This document shows positions 1 through 9,983 of a stretch of DNA of 41,153 nt, piece after piece. The notes beneath the pieces are model-generated. The model was given only the letters and a program-made list of their open reading frames with translations, was not told the DNA's origin and made no database searches. Made by a program: the position numbers and the translations under genes. The DNA comes from Promethearchaeota archaeon. Its GTDB lineage: Archaea > Asgardarchaeota > Lokiarchaeia > Sigyniarchaeales > SOKP01. The stretch's first letter is position 1. Each line of letters starts with the position of its first letter. The stretch covers positions 1-41,153 of the forward strand of contig JAEOTR010000081.1 of the NCBI GenBank assembly GCA_016839705.1. Direction: 5' to 3'.

Positions 1-120
1 CTATTCGAGGATCTCGGGGTCAACGTCTACTTGCAACTAACCCGAGCTTATCGCAGCTTGTCACGCTCTTCATCGGTTCCCAAGCCAAGATATCCACCAA
101 ATAGCGGAGGCGTATTGGCG
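1..120 (-). rRNA. rrl: 23S rRNA, 5' end (runs off the window)
   Basis: Reverse complement reads ...GGTGGATATCTTGGCTTGGGAACCGATGAAGAGCGTGACAAGCTGCGATAAGCTCGG..., the conserved start of LSU domain I. The exact 5' boundary is approximate. Confidence 0.93.
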
Positions 121-499
121 TCTAGTTGAGGAAAGATTCAGATTGCTTGCCTAAGGGTTTGCATATTCGAAATTAGTAAGTTTGGTTTTTTTTTAAATAA
201 ATTTTATCAATACTGACGATTGATATAAGAAGCCTTTATTAATAATATGGGGAGTATGTTCTTATGAGCATGATTTTTCATGCTTGGCTTCGGTTTACTT
301 AGACCAACCAATGTGAAGGTCAGTTTAAGCACCCACGTCCTGTGGCACCACATTTTAGACCGAAGTCTTATCTGGTGTACTTTCGTGAGGCCTACGCCGG
401 TTATTGGCCATATTTCATCGGGCAAGGATGAGATATTTTTCTAACCAATAATGTATCGATGGTGTGGTTACTAAATTTTTAGTAGCACTATTAATGCCA

Positions 500-540
500 T
501 CGACGAAATATAAGAGTAAATACTTAGTTAAAAATTTTAT
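500..540 (-). promoter_or_regulatory. Putative BRE/TATA promoter for the stand-alone 23S rRNA gene
   Basis: Minus strand has ATAAAA-TTTTTAAC at 540-527, about 24-29 nt upstream of a G at ~504 that opens a TCGATGG...CCATCGA hairpin. Confidence 0.5.
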
Positions 541-627
541 GGTCTGGGAACATAAACTTTATAAGCCAGAATAGGTGTTTAGAGGGGTGATTATTAAGTG
601 GATAATACAGTAATTCTGAAATGAAAT

Positions 628-698
628 GAAAAGAGGACCGAAAAGAAGATTGAAAAGCAGATCATAAAGTGGATCGAAAAGTAGAATGAAAAATGATC
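628..698 (+). repeat. Degenerate 12-nt tandem repeat, about 6 copies (consensus GAAAAGnrGATC)
   Basis: Units: gaaaagaggacc, gaaaagaagatt, gaaaagcagatc, ataaagtggatc, gaaaagtagaat, gaaaaatgatc. Confidence 0.6.
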
Positions 699-817
699 GA
701 ATTGAAATTAGAAAATTAAGGGGATTTTAAAGTTTAAATATGAGAAAAATTAATTATTAGCAATAGGGAACGATGAGTTTAAAGATTTCGTAGAAAGATT
801 TAGAAGAGTGAGAGTGA

Positions 818-1690
818 GTGATGGTTGGTAAGGTTTTGATTGGTACATCTGGGTGGGGATATGATGAGTGGGTTGGTCCATTTTATCCGAGGGGTTTAGA
901 GCAAGAGGAATTTCTTCGGTATTATTCTGAGATTTTTATTACGAATGAGATTAATACGACTTTTTACAATACACCAAGGAGGTGGGTTGTGGAAAATTGG
1001 GTAAAGAAGACACCTAAGAATTTTATGTTTTCGGCAAAAATTCCTCAGACAGTCACGCATACTCACAAATTGGACATAGATCTATGCTTAGATGATTTGG
1101 AGTATTATTTAGAAGCGATGAGTCCTTTAATTAAAGCGAGGAAACTTATCGCATTTTTAATTCAGCTTCCACCTTCATTTACTAAGAAGGATCATTTCAG
1201 GAATTTAAAAGAGTTTATAGAAAATTGGCCGGGAGATAGGGAGAAAGGCAAATATCAATTAGTAGTAGAATTTCGGCATAGAACGTGGTTAGATGAGGAG
1301 GTATTTGAGTTTTTAAGGAAGAATCAATTAACATACTGTGCGGTGATTGAGCCCTTATTACCTCCGAGGATGGATGTAACTAATCCGGCTTTTGCATATA
1401 TTAGATTTCATGGGTATGGTAAAGAGATCTGGTTTGATTATTTCTTTAAGGAAGAAGAAATAAGGAAGTGGGCAGATTTAATAAGAGAGGTTGTTCCGAA
1501 AGTAGAGAAGATCGGGATCTATTTTAACAATCATTTTTCTGGATACGCTGTGAAAAATTCTTTAATGATGATGAAGGAATTGCAAGTTCCACCGAGAAAA
1601 GCCCCTGAGGATGTGAGTCTTTTGGATATAAAAAAGAAATCGGGAAAATATTCAAAAGGTCAGATAGGTTTAGATAAATTTATTAAATAG
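818..1690 (+). CDS. DUF72 family protein (YecE-like)
   Basis: Motifs IGTSGW, EINTTFY, F.FSAK, QLPPSF, VEFRH, YIRFHG, YFNN. Confidence 0.92.
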   Translation: MMVGKVLIGTSGWGYDEWVGPFYPRGLEQEEFLRYYSEIFITNEINTTFYNTPRRWVVENWVKKTPKNFMFSAKIPQTVTHTHKLDIDLCLDDLEYYLEAMSPLIKARKLIAFLIQLPPSFTKKDHFRNLKEFIENWPGDREKGKYQLVVEFRHRTWLDEEVFEFLRKNQLTYCAVIEPLLPPRMDVTNPAFAYIRFHGYGKEIWFDYFFKEEEIRKWADLIREVVPKVEKIGIYFNNHFSGYAVKNSLMMMKELQVPPRKAPEDVSLLDIKKKSGKYSKGQIGLDKFIK

Positions 1691-1754
1691 AGTATTAATT
1701 CTCAAATAGAAAGAATATATTTTATTGAAAATTTGAAAAGATTTTTGAAGGAAT

Positions 1755-2762
1755 TTGAGTAAAAGGAAGCTAAGGATAGGATTTATTGGAGCTGGATCTA
1801 TAGGGAGTCTATTTGGGGGGTATATTGCAAGCATTGAGTCTAATCTTTATGATTTAGATGTGATATTTTTCAGTTTAGGTGATCATGCGTCAGCAATCAA
1901 TCAAGACGGGTTAGAAATCGTCAAGAATCAAACAGTTCAAAAAATTAGTACCATTCACGCCTATGAAAACGAGGAAATTTTGGTCGAGCGTATCGAATCT
2001 GATCCTTCTTTTCGATTTGATTTTATTTTCCTTACGACAAAGACATATGATATTGAAACAGTTGTAAACCAATATCAAAAGCTTATTGATGTGAGTAATT
2101 GGGTAGTAATTTTGCAGAATGGGATTGGTAATGAAGATGTGGTTAGTAAATATGTTTTGAAGTCAAAAATAATAAGAGCAGTAACTACCAATGGGGCATT
2201 GTTAAAAGAGCCTGGGAGAGTTATTCAAATTGGTGAGGGATTAACCAAGATAGGTTTGGCTTTTCCGGAGAAGGTCAATGTGAAAGAAGACGATAGAAAA
2301 ATGGGTGAAATCAATCTTAAGTTGCTTTTGGATCTCTTGAGATTAGCGGGGTTTGAGACGGTGATTGCCGAGAATATTATAATGGAAAGTTGGGAGAAAG
2401 TATTTGTAAATGTGGGGATTAATGCTTTTGGGGCATTAACAAGGCTAAAAAACGGTGAGTTGTTGAAATCTGAAGGATTAAAGGGTTTAATGGGGGAGGC
2501 TATTGAAGAGGCAATTAAAGTCGCTAAACTGAAAAATATTAAGCTCATAGAGAAAGATTTTGTGGCATTAACTTATGAAGTGGCAAGAAAAACGGCGGAG
2601 AACAAAAATTCAATGCTCCAAGATGTGTTAAACGGAAGTCCGACCGAAATCGATTTTATCAATGGAAGAATCTTAACGTATGCTAATGAATTAGGAGTTA
2701 AAGTGCCGATTAATGAATTAATAACCTATTTAATCAAAGGTTTAGAAATGTCAGTTGATTAA
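1755..2762 (+). CDS. panE: 2-dehydropantoate 2-reductase (ketopantoate reductase)
   Basis: GAGSIG Rossmann motif, TKTYD, LQNGIG, WEK..VN..IN, SMLQD....TEIDFING. TTG start. Confidence 0.92.
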   Translation: MSKRKLRIGFIGAGSIGSLFGGYIASIESNLYDLDVIFFSLGDHASAINQDGLEIVKNQTVQKISTIHAYENEEILVERIESDPSFRFDFIFLTTKTYDIETVVNQYQKLIDVSNWVVILQNGIGNEDVVSKYVLKSKIIRAVTTNGALLKEPGRVIQIGEGLTKIGLAFPEKVNVKEDDRKMGEINLKLLLDLLRLAGFETVIAENIIMESWEKVFVNVGINAFGALTRLKNGELLKSEGLKGLMGEAIEEAIKVAKLKNIKLIEKDFVALTYEVARKTAENKNSMLQDVLNGSPTEIDFINGRILTYANELGVKVPINELITYLIKGLEMSVD

Positions 2763-3289
2763 CTTTTTTTTGAGTTTAAGGTCATATAATAAGCGTTTTC
2801 TCCATCACGGTAATATTTTTTCTTGATGTTAACGATTTGGAAGTTAAATTGTTCATACAGTTTAATTGCGCTATAATTAGTTACTCTTACCTCAAGCACG
2901 TATTCATGAATCTTATACTTTTTTATTGTCGCCATGCTATTTGATAATAATGCTTTAGCGACTCCTCTTTTTCGATACTCTTGTGAGACGGCTATTGATA
3001 CGAGATGTCCTTTAGTAACATAACGTAAGCTATCTAAGGAAGGGGTCTTTTCCACTCTCCACATAATATAACCGATTATTTTCCCAGCATAATTTTGTGC
3101 TACCAAGAACGATTCGGGGAAATCATCAAGTATACTTTTATAGAAAAAGTAGGGATAATCTTCGGGGAGTTCTCGTTCGTTAACTTCTATGACAGCATCT
3201 AAATCGTCTAATGTACATCGTCTTATAAGAGTTTCCTGATCTTTTAAATTGTCTAACGTATTATCCTTTGTCTTTTTGTAGGTAGTCAT
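2759..3289 (-). CDS. N-alpha-acetyltransferase, Ard1/RimI-like GNAT
   Basis: LPEDY, GHLVSIAV..YRKRGVA, LEVRVTN..A..LY, YYRDGENAY. Confidence 0.9.
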   Translation of the reverse strand: MTTYKKTKDNTLDNLKDQETLIRRCTLDDLDAVIEVNERELPEDYPYFFYKSILDDFPESFLVAQNYAGKIIGYIMWRVEKTPSLDSLRYVTKGHLVSIAVSQEYRKRGVAKALLSNSMATIKKYKIHEYVLEVRVTNYSAIKLYEQFNFQIVNIKKKYYRDGENAYYMTLNSKKS

Positions 3290-3393
3290 TGTTATACTTG
3301 TCTAAAGGGTAATTTTTGAAAGATTAGCCTTATTAATATATAGGATATAAGATTTGAAACTTTTAAGCTTTTATGAATCAAAAAAAAAATTTA

Positions 3394-4188
3394 TCACTTT
3401 AAGATTTTAAAGGCTTCCTCTTTTTGTGTTGTAATGTAATCTATTATTAGATCTAATGTTTTTTGGATATTCACCTTGTTATCAAAATTTTTTATAATTT
3501 CAAGTAATTCATTGGTATTTAATTTCTTAAATTTTTGTGCAGTTTCTATCATTATGGGTATTGCTCTTATAACATTATCAACGATAGTAATATCTGCCCA
3601 TAATGCGGTTCTACTTAAGGGGTTTAAATCAATAGCTATCACTTGTTTATTTAATTTTTTCAATGCTTCGGTGCGATCACCATCTTCTAATGGGACCATG
3701 ATAACATCGGCTTTGGCGATGAAGTCTACTTTTCTTCGATTACTTTCAAGTCCTTTGAGTTCGGTCATCAGAGTTTCATTTGTTCCTCTAATATCAGTAG
3801 CTCCAGCGTTTATCAAAACATCGGTGATTGCTTTGACTCGACCCTCTTTACTATAAAACAGGTTTATTTCGAGAGGAATGTCTAATAAGTTAGATAAAGT
3901 TACAAGTTCATTAGGTACTAGAGCTGCGACATTTCCATTTACACTAATAACTGGTTTCTTTGCGGTTAATAAGGAAGCTACAGCAGCTTTGATTGCATCT
4001 TTTGCGGTTTTAGGTGTTTTCTCACCGATAATATAATCAAAGCATTCTCCTCGACCATGTGCTATTAAGCCGGCTTCAGCAACAACTAAATTTTTCATAC
4101 CTTCGATAATTCTATGTCGATATTGTAGACTTGAGTAGCGAGGGTGTGTAATAGGAACGCTATGATTTTCGTTTTCATTCGGAGACAT
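3394..4188 (-). CDS. 4-phosphopantoate--beta-alanine ligase (archaeal phosphopantothenate synthetase)
   Basis: HPRY.SL, GLIAHGRGE.FDY.IGE, ISVNGN, VPLEDGDR, IDLNPLSRT. Confidence 0.93.
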   Translation of the reverse strand: MSPNENENHSVPITHPRYSSLQYRHRIIEGMKNLVVAEAGLIAHGRGECFDYIIGEKTPKTAKDAIKAAVASLLTAKKPVISVNGNVAALVPNELVTLSNLLDIPLEINLFYSKEGRVKAITDVLINAGATDIRGTNETLMTELKGLESNRRKVDFIAKADVIMVPLEDGDRTEALKKLNKQVIAIDLNPLSRTALWADITIVDNVIRAIPIMIETAQKFKKLNTNELLEIIKNFDNKVNIQKTLDLIIDYITTQKEEAFKILK

Positions 4189-4277
4189 TTTATTTCACAT
4201 GATTTAAATAATGATCTTTATATAGATTGGTATAAAGAAAAAATATTAATCTTTTGGATAATTCTTACTCATTGTAG

Positions 4278-5558
4278 ATGAATATGAGTACGGTAGCAAA
4301 AAAGAAATCTATTGATTTAAAGATCTATAAGACGAAACAAATGTTAGGAGATCTAAAGAAAAAAAAAGGGTTTCATACAGAATTAATCTCATTATATATT
4401 CCTCATGATAGGAAGATTTCTGATGTTACTAATTATTTAAAGAATGAAGTGAGTGAAAGTCAAAATATAAAATCAAAGTTAACAAGAAAGAATGTATTAG
4501 ATAGTATTAGTAGTCTTCTTGGTAAGTTAAAAAATATAAAAGAAGTGCCTGAAGATGGTTTAGTTATGTTTTCAGGGGCAATCCCTCAAAGTAATACCGC
4601 AGGCACTGAACGAAATGAATTATATATTGTAGAGCCTCCGGACAAAGTAAAAACATTTCGATACCACTGTGCAAGTGAATTTTTATTATGGCCTTTAGAG
4701 GATATGCTTTCTCCAAAGGAAACATTTGGTTTATTAGTAATTGGACGAAAGAAATCCGCAGCAGGATTCATTAGAGGAAACAGAGTTGAAGTGTTAAAGG
4801 AATTCACTTCAGGTATTAGTAAAAGGCATGGGGCGGGAGGTCAATCGCAAAGACGATTTGAAAGATTAAATGAAGAAGCGGAGATGGCTTTCTACCGAAG
4901 AATTTCAGAAGTTATAAACGAAAAATTTTTGGCATTTGAAGATTTGAAAGGTATCTTTGTAGGAGGGCCTGGTCCATCAAAAGAAAAGTTTGTTAAAGAT
5001 GAGAGTTTAGATTATAGATTACGGGATAAAATACTTGATGTCGTAGATATTGGGTATGGTGGGGAAGAGGGCATACGAGCTTTACTTGAAAAAGTAAAGG
5101 ATCAAATGGAGAATGTAAAATATATTCGAGAGAAAGAAGTAATGCAAAGTTTTATGAGAGAACTTACAAATGAGACAGGATTGGCTACATATGGATTAGA
5201 AGAAATACAAAGGGGATTAAATTATGGCGCTGTCGATACTCTCTTACTTTCTGAAAAGATAGACATGTATAAAGTTAATTCTGGATGTTCTAATTGTGAA
5301 TATAAAGATATTAGAATTATTAAAAAAAACCTTTTAGAAAATCTTAAAGGAGATATACAAGATGAGAGTTGTCCAAAATGTGGTTCAAATTCGTTTAAAA
5401 TAATAGAAATAATTTCATTAATTGAAGAACTCGGTGAAATTGCAGAATCCACTGGCACGAAAATAGAAATCTTATCTACAGAAACCGAAGAAGGGGAAAT
5501 GTTATACAGTACATTTGGGGGTATTGCAGCAATCCTTCGGTACAAGATTGATTATTAA
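4278..5558 (+). CDS. prf1: Peptide chain release factor aRF1
   Basis: TELISLYIP, NIKS, YxCxxxF, GGQS motifs, CxxC mini-domain, and C-terminal FGGIAAILRY. Confidence 0.97.
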   Translation: MNMSTVAKKKSIDLKIYKTKQMLGDLKKKKGFHTELISLYIPHDRKISDVTNYLKNEVSESQNIKSKLTRKNVLDSISSLLGKLKNIKEVPEDGLVMFSGAIPQSNTAGTERNELYIVEPPDKVKTFRYHCASEFLLWPLEDMLSPKETFGLLVIGRKKSAAGFIRGNRVEVLKEFTSGISKRHGAGGQSQRRFERLNEEAEMAFYRRISEVINEKFLAFEDLKGIFVGGPGPSKEKFVKDESLDYRLRDKILDVVDIGYGGEEGIRALLEKVKDQMENVKYIREKEVMQSFMRELTNETGLATYGLEEIQRGLNYGAVDTLLLSEKIDMYKVNSGCSNCEYKDIRIIKKNLLENLKGDIQDESCPKCGSNSFKIIEIISLIEELGEIAESTGTKIEILSTETEEGEMLYSTFGGIAAILRYKIDY

Positions 5559-5606
5559 TAAGAATATATAGTTCAGGATGGAATAAACAACAACTAAAAA
5601 GCTTTA

Positions 5607-6599
5607 GTGACAAAAATGGGATTAAAAGATCAATTATTAAGTTTAAAAATGATGATGTTTGGGGGAAAGGGAGGGGTTGGGAAGACTAGTTGTGCTGCAA
5701 GTTCCGCAATTTGGGCAGCAGAGCATGGAAGAAATACTTTAATTATTAGTACTGATCCTGCTCATTCATTAGGGGATAGCTTAGGTGTGGAATTATCACC
5801 AGGTATACCGACACAAATTGAAGGGATTGAGAATCTTACTGCATTAGAAATTAATCCTAAAGCAAATATGTCAGAATATAAGGAATTGACCAATATTAAT
5901 CCTATGGAAGAGATGGGTATGTCGGGATTGATGGACAATCTACCATTATTTGATGACATGGAAGAAATAGCTTCAATGACGCCCCCAGGAATTGATGAAG
6001 CGTTAGCTTTTGGTAAAATTTTGGAATTTGTTGAAACTGAGCATGATTACGATTTAGTAGTATTTGATACCGCCCCCACTGGACATACTCTACGATTCTT
6101 AGGTTTACCCGAGACATTATCTGGGTGGATTGGAAAGTTATTAAAAATGAGATTAAAAATAGGGAATATGTTTGGGGCCGTTAAAAGACTATTTACTAAA
6201 GAAGAAAAGAAGGAAGATAAATCTTTAGAAGTTCTAGAAAAATTGAACAACGCTATTATGAATGCAAGAGAAGATCTCACGAATCCTATAAAGAACTCAT
6301 TTATAATTGTAATGATATCTGAAGAAATGGCCATTGCCGAAACAGGACGACTATTAAATGAGTTGATCAAATATAACATTCCCACTTCTACCATAATTAT
6401 TAACCAATTATACCGGGACACTACGGAACTTTGTGATTTTTGCAAAGCGCGTAGAAAAATGCAAAATACAAATTTATTGAAGATAAAAGAAGTATTTGGG
6501 GAGAAATTAAATAAGAATTTAATAGAAGTGCCCTTATTTAGAGAAGAAATTAGAGAATATGAAAAATTAAAGGAAATGGGAGAACATTTGATAAATTAG
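5607..6599 (+). CDS. Get3/TRC40/ArsA-family ATPase (single nucleotide-binding domain)
   Basis: GKGGVGKT, STDPAHSL, PGIDE, DTAPTGHT, a Met-rich helical segment, and C-terminal CDFC. Confidence 0.92.
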   Translation: MTKMGLKDQLLSLKMMMFGGKGGVGKTSCAASSAIWAAEHGRNTLIISTDPAHSLGDSLGVELSPGIPTQIEGIENLTALEINPKANMSEYKELTNINPMEEMGMSGLMDNLPLFDDMEEIASMTPPGIDEALAFGKILEFVETEHDYDLVVFDTAPTGHTLRFLGLPETLSGWIGKLLKMRLKIGNMFGAVKRLFTKEEKKEDKSLEVLEKLNNAIMNAREDLTNPIKNSFIIVMISEEMAIAETGRLLNELIKYNIPTSTIIINQLYRDTTELCDFCKARRKMQNTNLLKIKEVFGEKLNKNLIEVPLFREEIREYEKLKEMGEHLIN

Positions 6600-6601
6600 G
6601 A

Positions 6602-7588
6602 TCATTGGTTGAATTCCTTTAAAAACTGACAGTAAAGACATAATTGTGCATCTCCGCATGGATACCCACAGGATTGACAAGAGTGGTATCCTCCTTTTTC
6701 TAATTGGTTATAAAGAACAGTAGATAATTCTAAAAATCCACTCAATAAATTAAATTCAATTTCAGGGCTAAATTGTTTGCATTCTTGAATAAAGTCTAAA
6801 ACCCTCTTTCTGATGATTGGATCTTTTTCTCGATATAAACAGTGAGATGGGTAGTATTGTATTTCTTTTATATTGGCATAGAGGAAGATCTCTTCTTCAG
6901 GAATTCTCATTAATGGTGTAATTTTCTTAATAAAGAATTCTTTTATCTTTGGGCTTTCCTTCTTAAAAGGATATTGGTTGGCAATGAGGTGTAATCGTTT
7001 GTATAAAATATTCATAAGATATGTTTCTGCCATATCTGTAAGATTATGTCCCATTGCTAAAACTGTTCCACCTAATTCTTTTGCTACATCGTTTAATAAT
7101 CTTCTTCTTATTGTAGCACAGTAGTTGCAGGTATATTTGTAATCGGGAAGATCTCTTTTTTTATTTATAATTTCATCTAGCGTGTATCCTATTTTTTCTT
7201 TAAAAGAGACGATTTTGTGTTCAATTTTGAGTTCATTACAAAATTCTTTTGCTTTTTCAATAGCTTTCTCCCTATAATCTACAATACCCTCATCAATAGT
7301 TAATGCGATAACTGGTTCAGATTGAAATCGTTTCTTTTGAATCTCGTTAAGATTATAGAGTAGAGAAAGAGAATCTTTACCACCTGATACTGCCACTATA
7401 ATTTTGTCATTACCTTTTAACATCTTGTATTTTGAAATGGTCTTAAAAATAATTTTTTCAATATTATCTTCGAAACATTTTGGACATAATTCTTCACCAG
7501 AGTATTTTCTCTGGATGACTATTGAATTACGACACCTGGAACACTTGCCTTTCTTTAAGAAAATGTTGTATTTAACCATTAAAACCAT
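6602..7588 (-). CDS. tRNA 2-thiolation protein, NcsA/Ncs6/TtuA family (TIGR00269-like)
   Basis: N-terminal CxxC pairs, SGGKDS PP-loop, CNYC...RR, GHN..D..ET, and a C-terminal Zn finger. Confidence 0.9.
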   Translation of the reverse strand: MVLMVKYNIFLKKGKCSRCRNSIVIQRKYSGEELCPKCFEDNIEKIIFKTISKYKMLKGNDKIIVAVSGGKDSLSLLYNLNEIQKKRFQSEPVIALTIDEGIVDYREKAIEKAKEFCNELKIEHKIVSFKEKIGYTLDEIINKKRDLPDYKYTCNYCATIRRRLLNDVAKELGGTVLAMGHNLTDMAETYLMNILYKRLHLIANQYPFKKESPKIKEFFIKKITPLMRIPEEEIFLYANIKEIQYYPSHCLYREKDPIIRKRVLDFIQECKQFSPEIEFNLLSGFLELSTVLYNQLEKGGYHSCQSCGYPCGDAQLCLYCQFLKEFNQ

Positions 7589-7609
7589 TTCAGTGAAAAA
7601 ATTAATAGA

Positions 7610-9427
7610 TTAAATCCAAAAGAGTAATCCTCGAAAATTAACAAAGGATAAGATAAAATTCCCTGCTATAATAAACAATGTGATGAACCGTAATGAATTT
7701 AATATAATTTTCTTAGTCTTTTTCTTTTCATCATATCGGTAATCATAGGAAATTTCAATTTTACTTCCCTCTGGTAATGTTTTCTGTTCAGGAAGATTTA
7801 AAGAAACTGTATCTTTAAAACCATCCCCAATTTTATCAATTAATTCATATTTTTCTTCTGCAAGAATAATTCTGCTCGAATTGTCAAATCTTGATTGATC
7901 ATCCATGATAATTTCTATAGAATTTATTTTCTCAACACGATATTCTGATAATTCGTAATCTTTTTCCTCTTTTGTAAAATAGAATTTTTCCCTCTTCTTT
8001 TTTATTGATTTGTAATCCTCTCCAATACCCCAATTTAAAAGCTCTTTAACAATCCTATCCCCATCAAATATGGGTAAAGGTAACATGTTAAACAATGTGA
8101 TGCTAAATGCAATAACAAAAAGCCATAGTAGTTCTCTTAACCAAAATTCTGGCCAAAAGCTAGTAAAGAATTTTGCTACATCATTTTTATGCATGTAATA
8201 AGAGTAAGTAGAAATTCCAACGACTACTCCCGTAACATTAACATTGAGTGTGTAGTTTTCTGTATCCATACTTAGAGTTAAATTCTGTAAATCATACACA
8301 GTCAGTGCCTTATCTAAGGTATCCCCCTTTGTTTGATTGATGGGAACACCATTGATTTTATTAATTTTTAATCCTTCTGTTAAAGTTGTATTGAAATTAT
8401 TTCCGCCCTCACTTTCGCTATAAATTTTAGTTATATGTAAAGTTGTATCATTAATGTATTCATATAGAATGCCCGTATAATATCGGGGTCCTAGAGTAAC
8501 GTTTTTTGCATAAAGCACATCAGAAGAAGGACTATATATTTTAAAGGTCAGATTATCCCCGATTGCGCATTTTAAACTAGTTTTATTGGTTAATATATTT
8601 TGAAGAGTTCTTTGCTCATAGTTATCAAGTGTTATATAATCATCATCTAAAGCACCTTTTTTTTTAATAGCTAATATAACATCCCCATTAGCAAGATTTC
8701 CTTCATTGAATCCTCCTTGAGCTTCTGTAAGTACTAAATTTACTTGAGAAACTTGACGATACCATGGGGCAATAATTAAAGGAAATGCTAATAACAAGAT
8801 AAAAGCAATCCCTGCAGTAATTCCGTTAACAAATGTTCCTGCCGCTGCTATTCTTAATCGTGAATTTCGATTAAATTTAATGGAATTTAATTCTCTCTCA
8901 TCAACTTCAACAAATGCTCCAAATCCGATAATGAAAAAGAGTCCTGCACCAAGTACTCCTGTTGATTTAACATCAATTCCATCGGCACTCGCAGCAATAC
9001 CGTGAGCAAATTCATGAGTAGTTACTATGAATAGAAGTGGAAGAATTAAGTAAAAAAGCAATGGGAGATCAATAGTTACTCCAGGAATAAGTAGAACTAT
9101 TGCTTGTTCAGGTCTTGGAGCAACTATAAGGTTAATAAAATTTGCAAAAAAGAAATAAAAGGCATAAATTGTAAAAGAGAATGATACAAAGATTCCTACG
9201 GTCCAAAAAATCTTCCAAAATCTTGGTGTCTTTTTGGAGATCTTTTTAATAAAATTATTTAACTTTTTTGTTTTAAACATTGCGATTAAAGGAAAGAAGA
9301 GATAGGTAGCACCTTTCTTCTTTCTTAATAATAACACCAATACTAAAACAATTAGCCAAAATGATAAAGAAAAAATGAACCAGGGATTAAGAAGAAAATC
9401 TAAGAGTGGATTATTAAATAAGGGCAT
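7610..9427 (-). CDS. Site-2 intramembrane metalloprotease (M50)
   Basis: HEFAHG, GAFVE, AAGTFVN, NMLPLPIFDG, several TM helices, and a PDZ-like middle region. Confidence 0.92.
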   Translation of the reverse strand: MPLFNNPLLDFLLNPWFIFSLSFWLIVLVLVLLLRKKKGATYLFFPLIAMFKTKKLNNFIKKISKKTPRFWKIFWTVGIFVSFSFTIYAFYFFFANFINLIVAPRPEQAIVLLIPGVTIDLPLLFYLILPLLFIVTTHEFAHGIAASADGIDVKSTGVLGAGLFFIIGFGAFVEVDERELNSIKFNRNSRLRIAAAGTFVNGITAGIAFILLLAFPLIIAPWYRQVSQVNLVLTEAQGGFNEGNLANGDVILAIKKKGALDDDYITLDNYEQRTLQNILTNKTSLKCAIGDNLTFKIYSPSSDVLYAKNVTLGPRYYTGILYEYINDTTLHITKIYSESEGGNNFNTTLTEGLKINKINGVPINQTKGDTLDKALTVYDLQNLTLSMDTENYTLNVNVTGVVVGISTYSYYMHKNDVAKFFTSFWPEFWLRELLWLFVIAFSITLFNMLPLPIFDGDRIVKELLNWGIGEDYKSIKKKREKFYFTKEEKDYELSEYRVEKINSIEIIMDDQSRFDNSSRIILAEEKYELIDKIGDGFKDTVSLNLPEQKTLPEGSKIEISYDYRYDEKKKTKKIILNSLRFITLFIIAGNFILSFVNFRGLLFWI

Positions 9428-9714
9428 AAAATTCTATTGTATTTGCTAATCTTTTATTATGTAATTAAAATATGAAGTTAAACTTTTTCTATATATAAAC
9501 TATATGTTAACAAAAAATTTAACGAGAGGAAAGCAAAGAAATCTTTAGGGGTACCCTTCTAAAAATTGTAAGTTTTGATAATCTTCGTTATTTATTTTAA
9601 CTAAGATTTAAACTCAATGATACGCAAAAAGTAAAACATTTTATTATGGGATTTATATTGTAATATATAGAATAAATATAGATCAGAACAAAATAGTCTC
9701 ATAGAATTATTCAA

Positions 9715-9842
9715 AGCGGGGTGGGCTAGCCTGGTTTATGCCGCAGGGCTCATACCTCGATGAAGTGCGGAAATACAAAAAAATCCGTTCTTTAGAATGA
9801 GAAACCCTGAGATCGTTCGTTCAAATCGAACCCCCGCTACCA
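9715..9842 (+). tRNA. Initiator tRNA-Met(CAT) with a 49-nt canonical 37/38 intron (9755-9803); CCA encoded
   Basis: AGCGGGG/CCCCGCT acceptor stem (A1-U72), GGG/CCC anticodon-stem pairs, and bulge-helix-bulge (BHB) helix CTCA/TGAG. Confidence 0.95.
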
Positions 9843-9983
9843 TTAATTCCTATTATTGGCCTTAGCTTTGTTTATAATAATTACAGTCATGATATTTTGA
9901 AAAAAAGAGGATTTTAATATTACTCCTTTAATAATTACTTCTAAATTAGACGTTAGTTAATTAAAAATTATCAACATTAATAG

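Noticed and set aside
207-425. 72-aa minus-strand ORF
   Set aside because: Lies in the structured 23S leader and has no protein features.
628-698. Possible CRISPR array
   Set aside because: The 12-nt degenerate units have no spacers, and no cas genes are present.
9544-9563. Palindrome tttagGGGTACCCttctaaa between the protease gene and tRNA-iMet
   Set aside because: A single short imperfect palindrome with no second copy noticed; not enough to call an operator.
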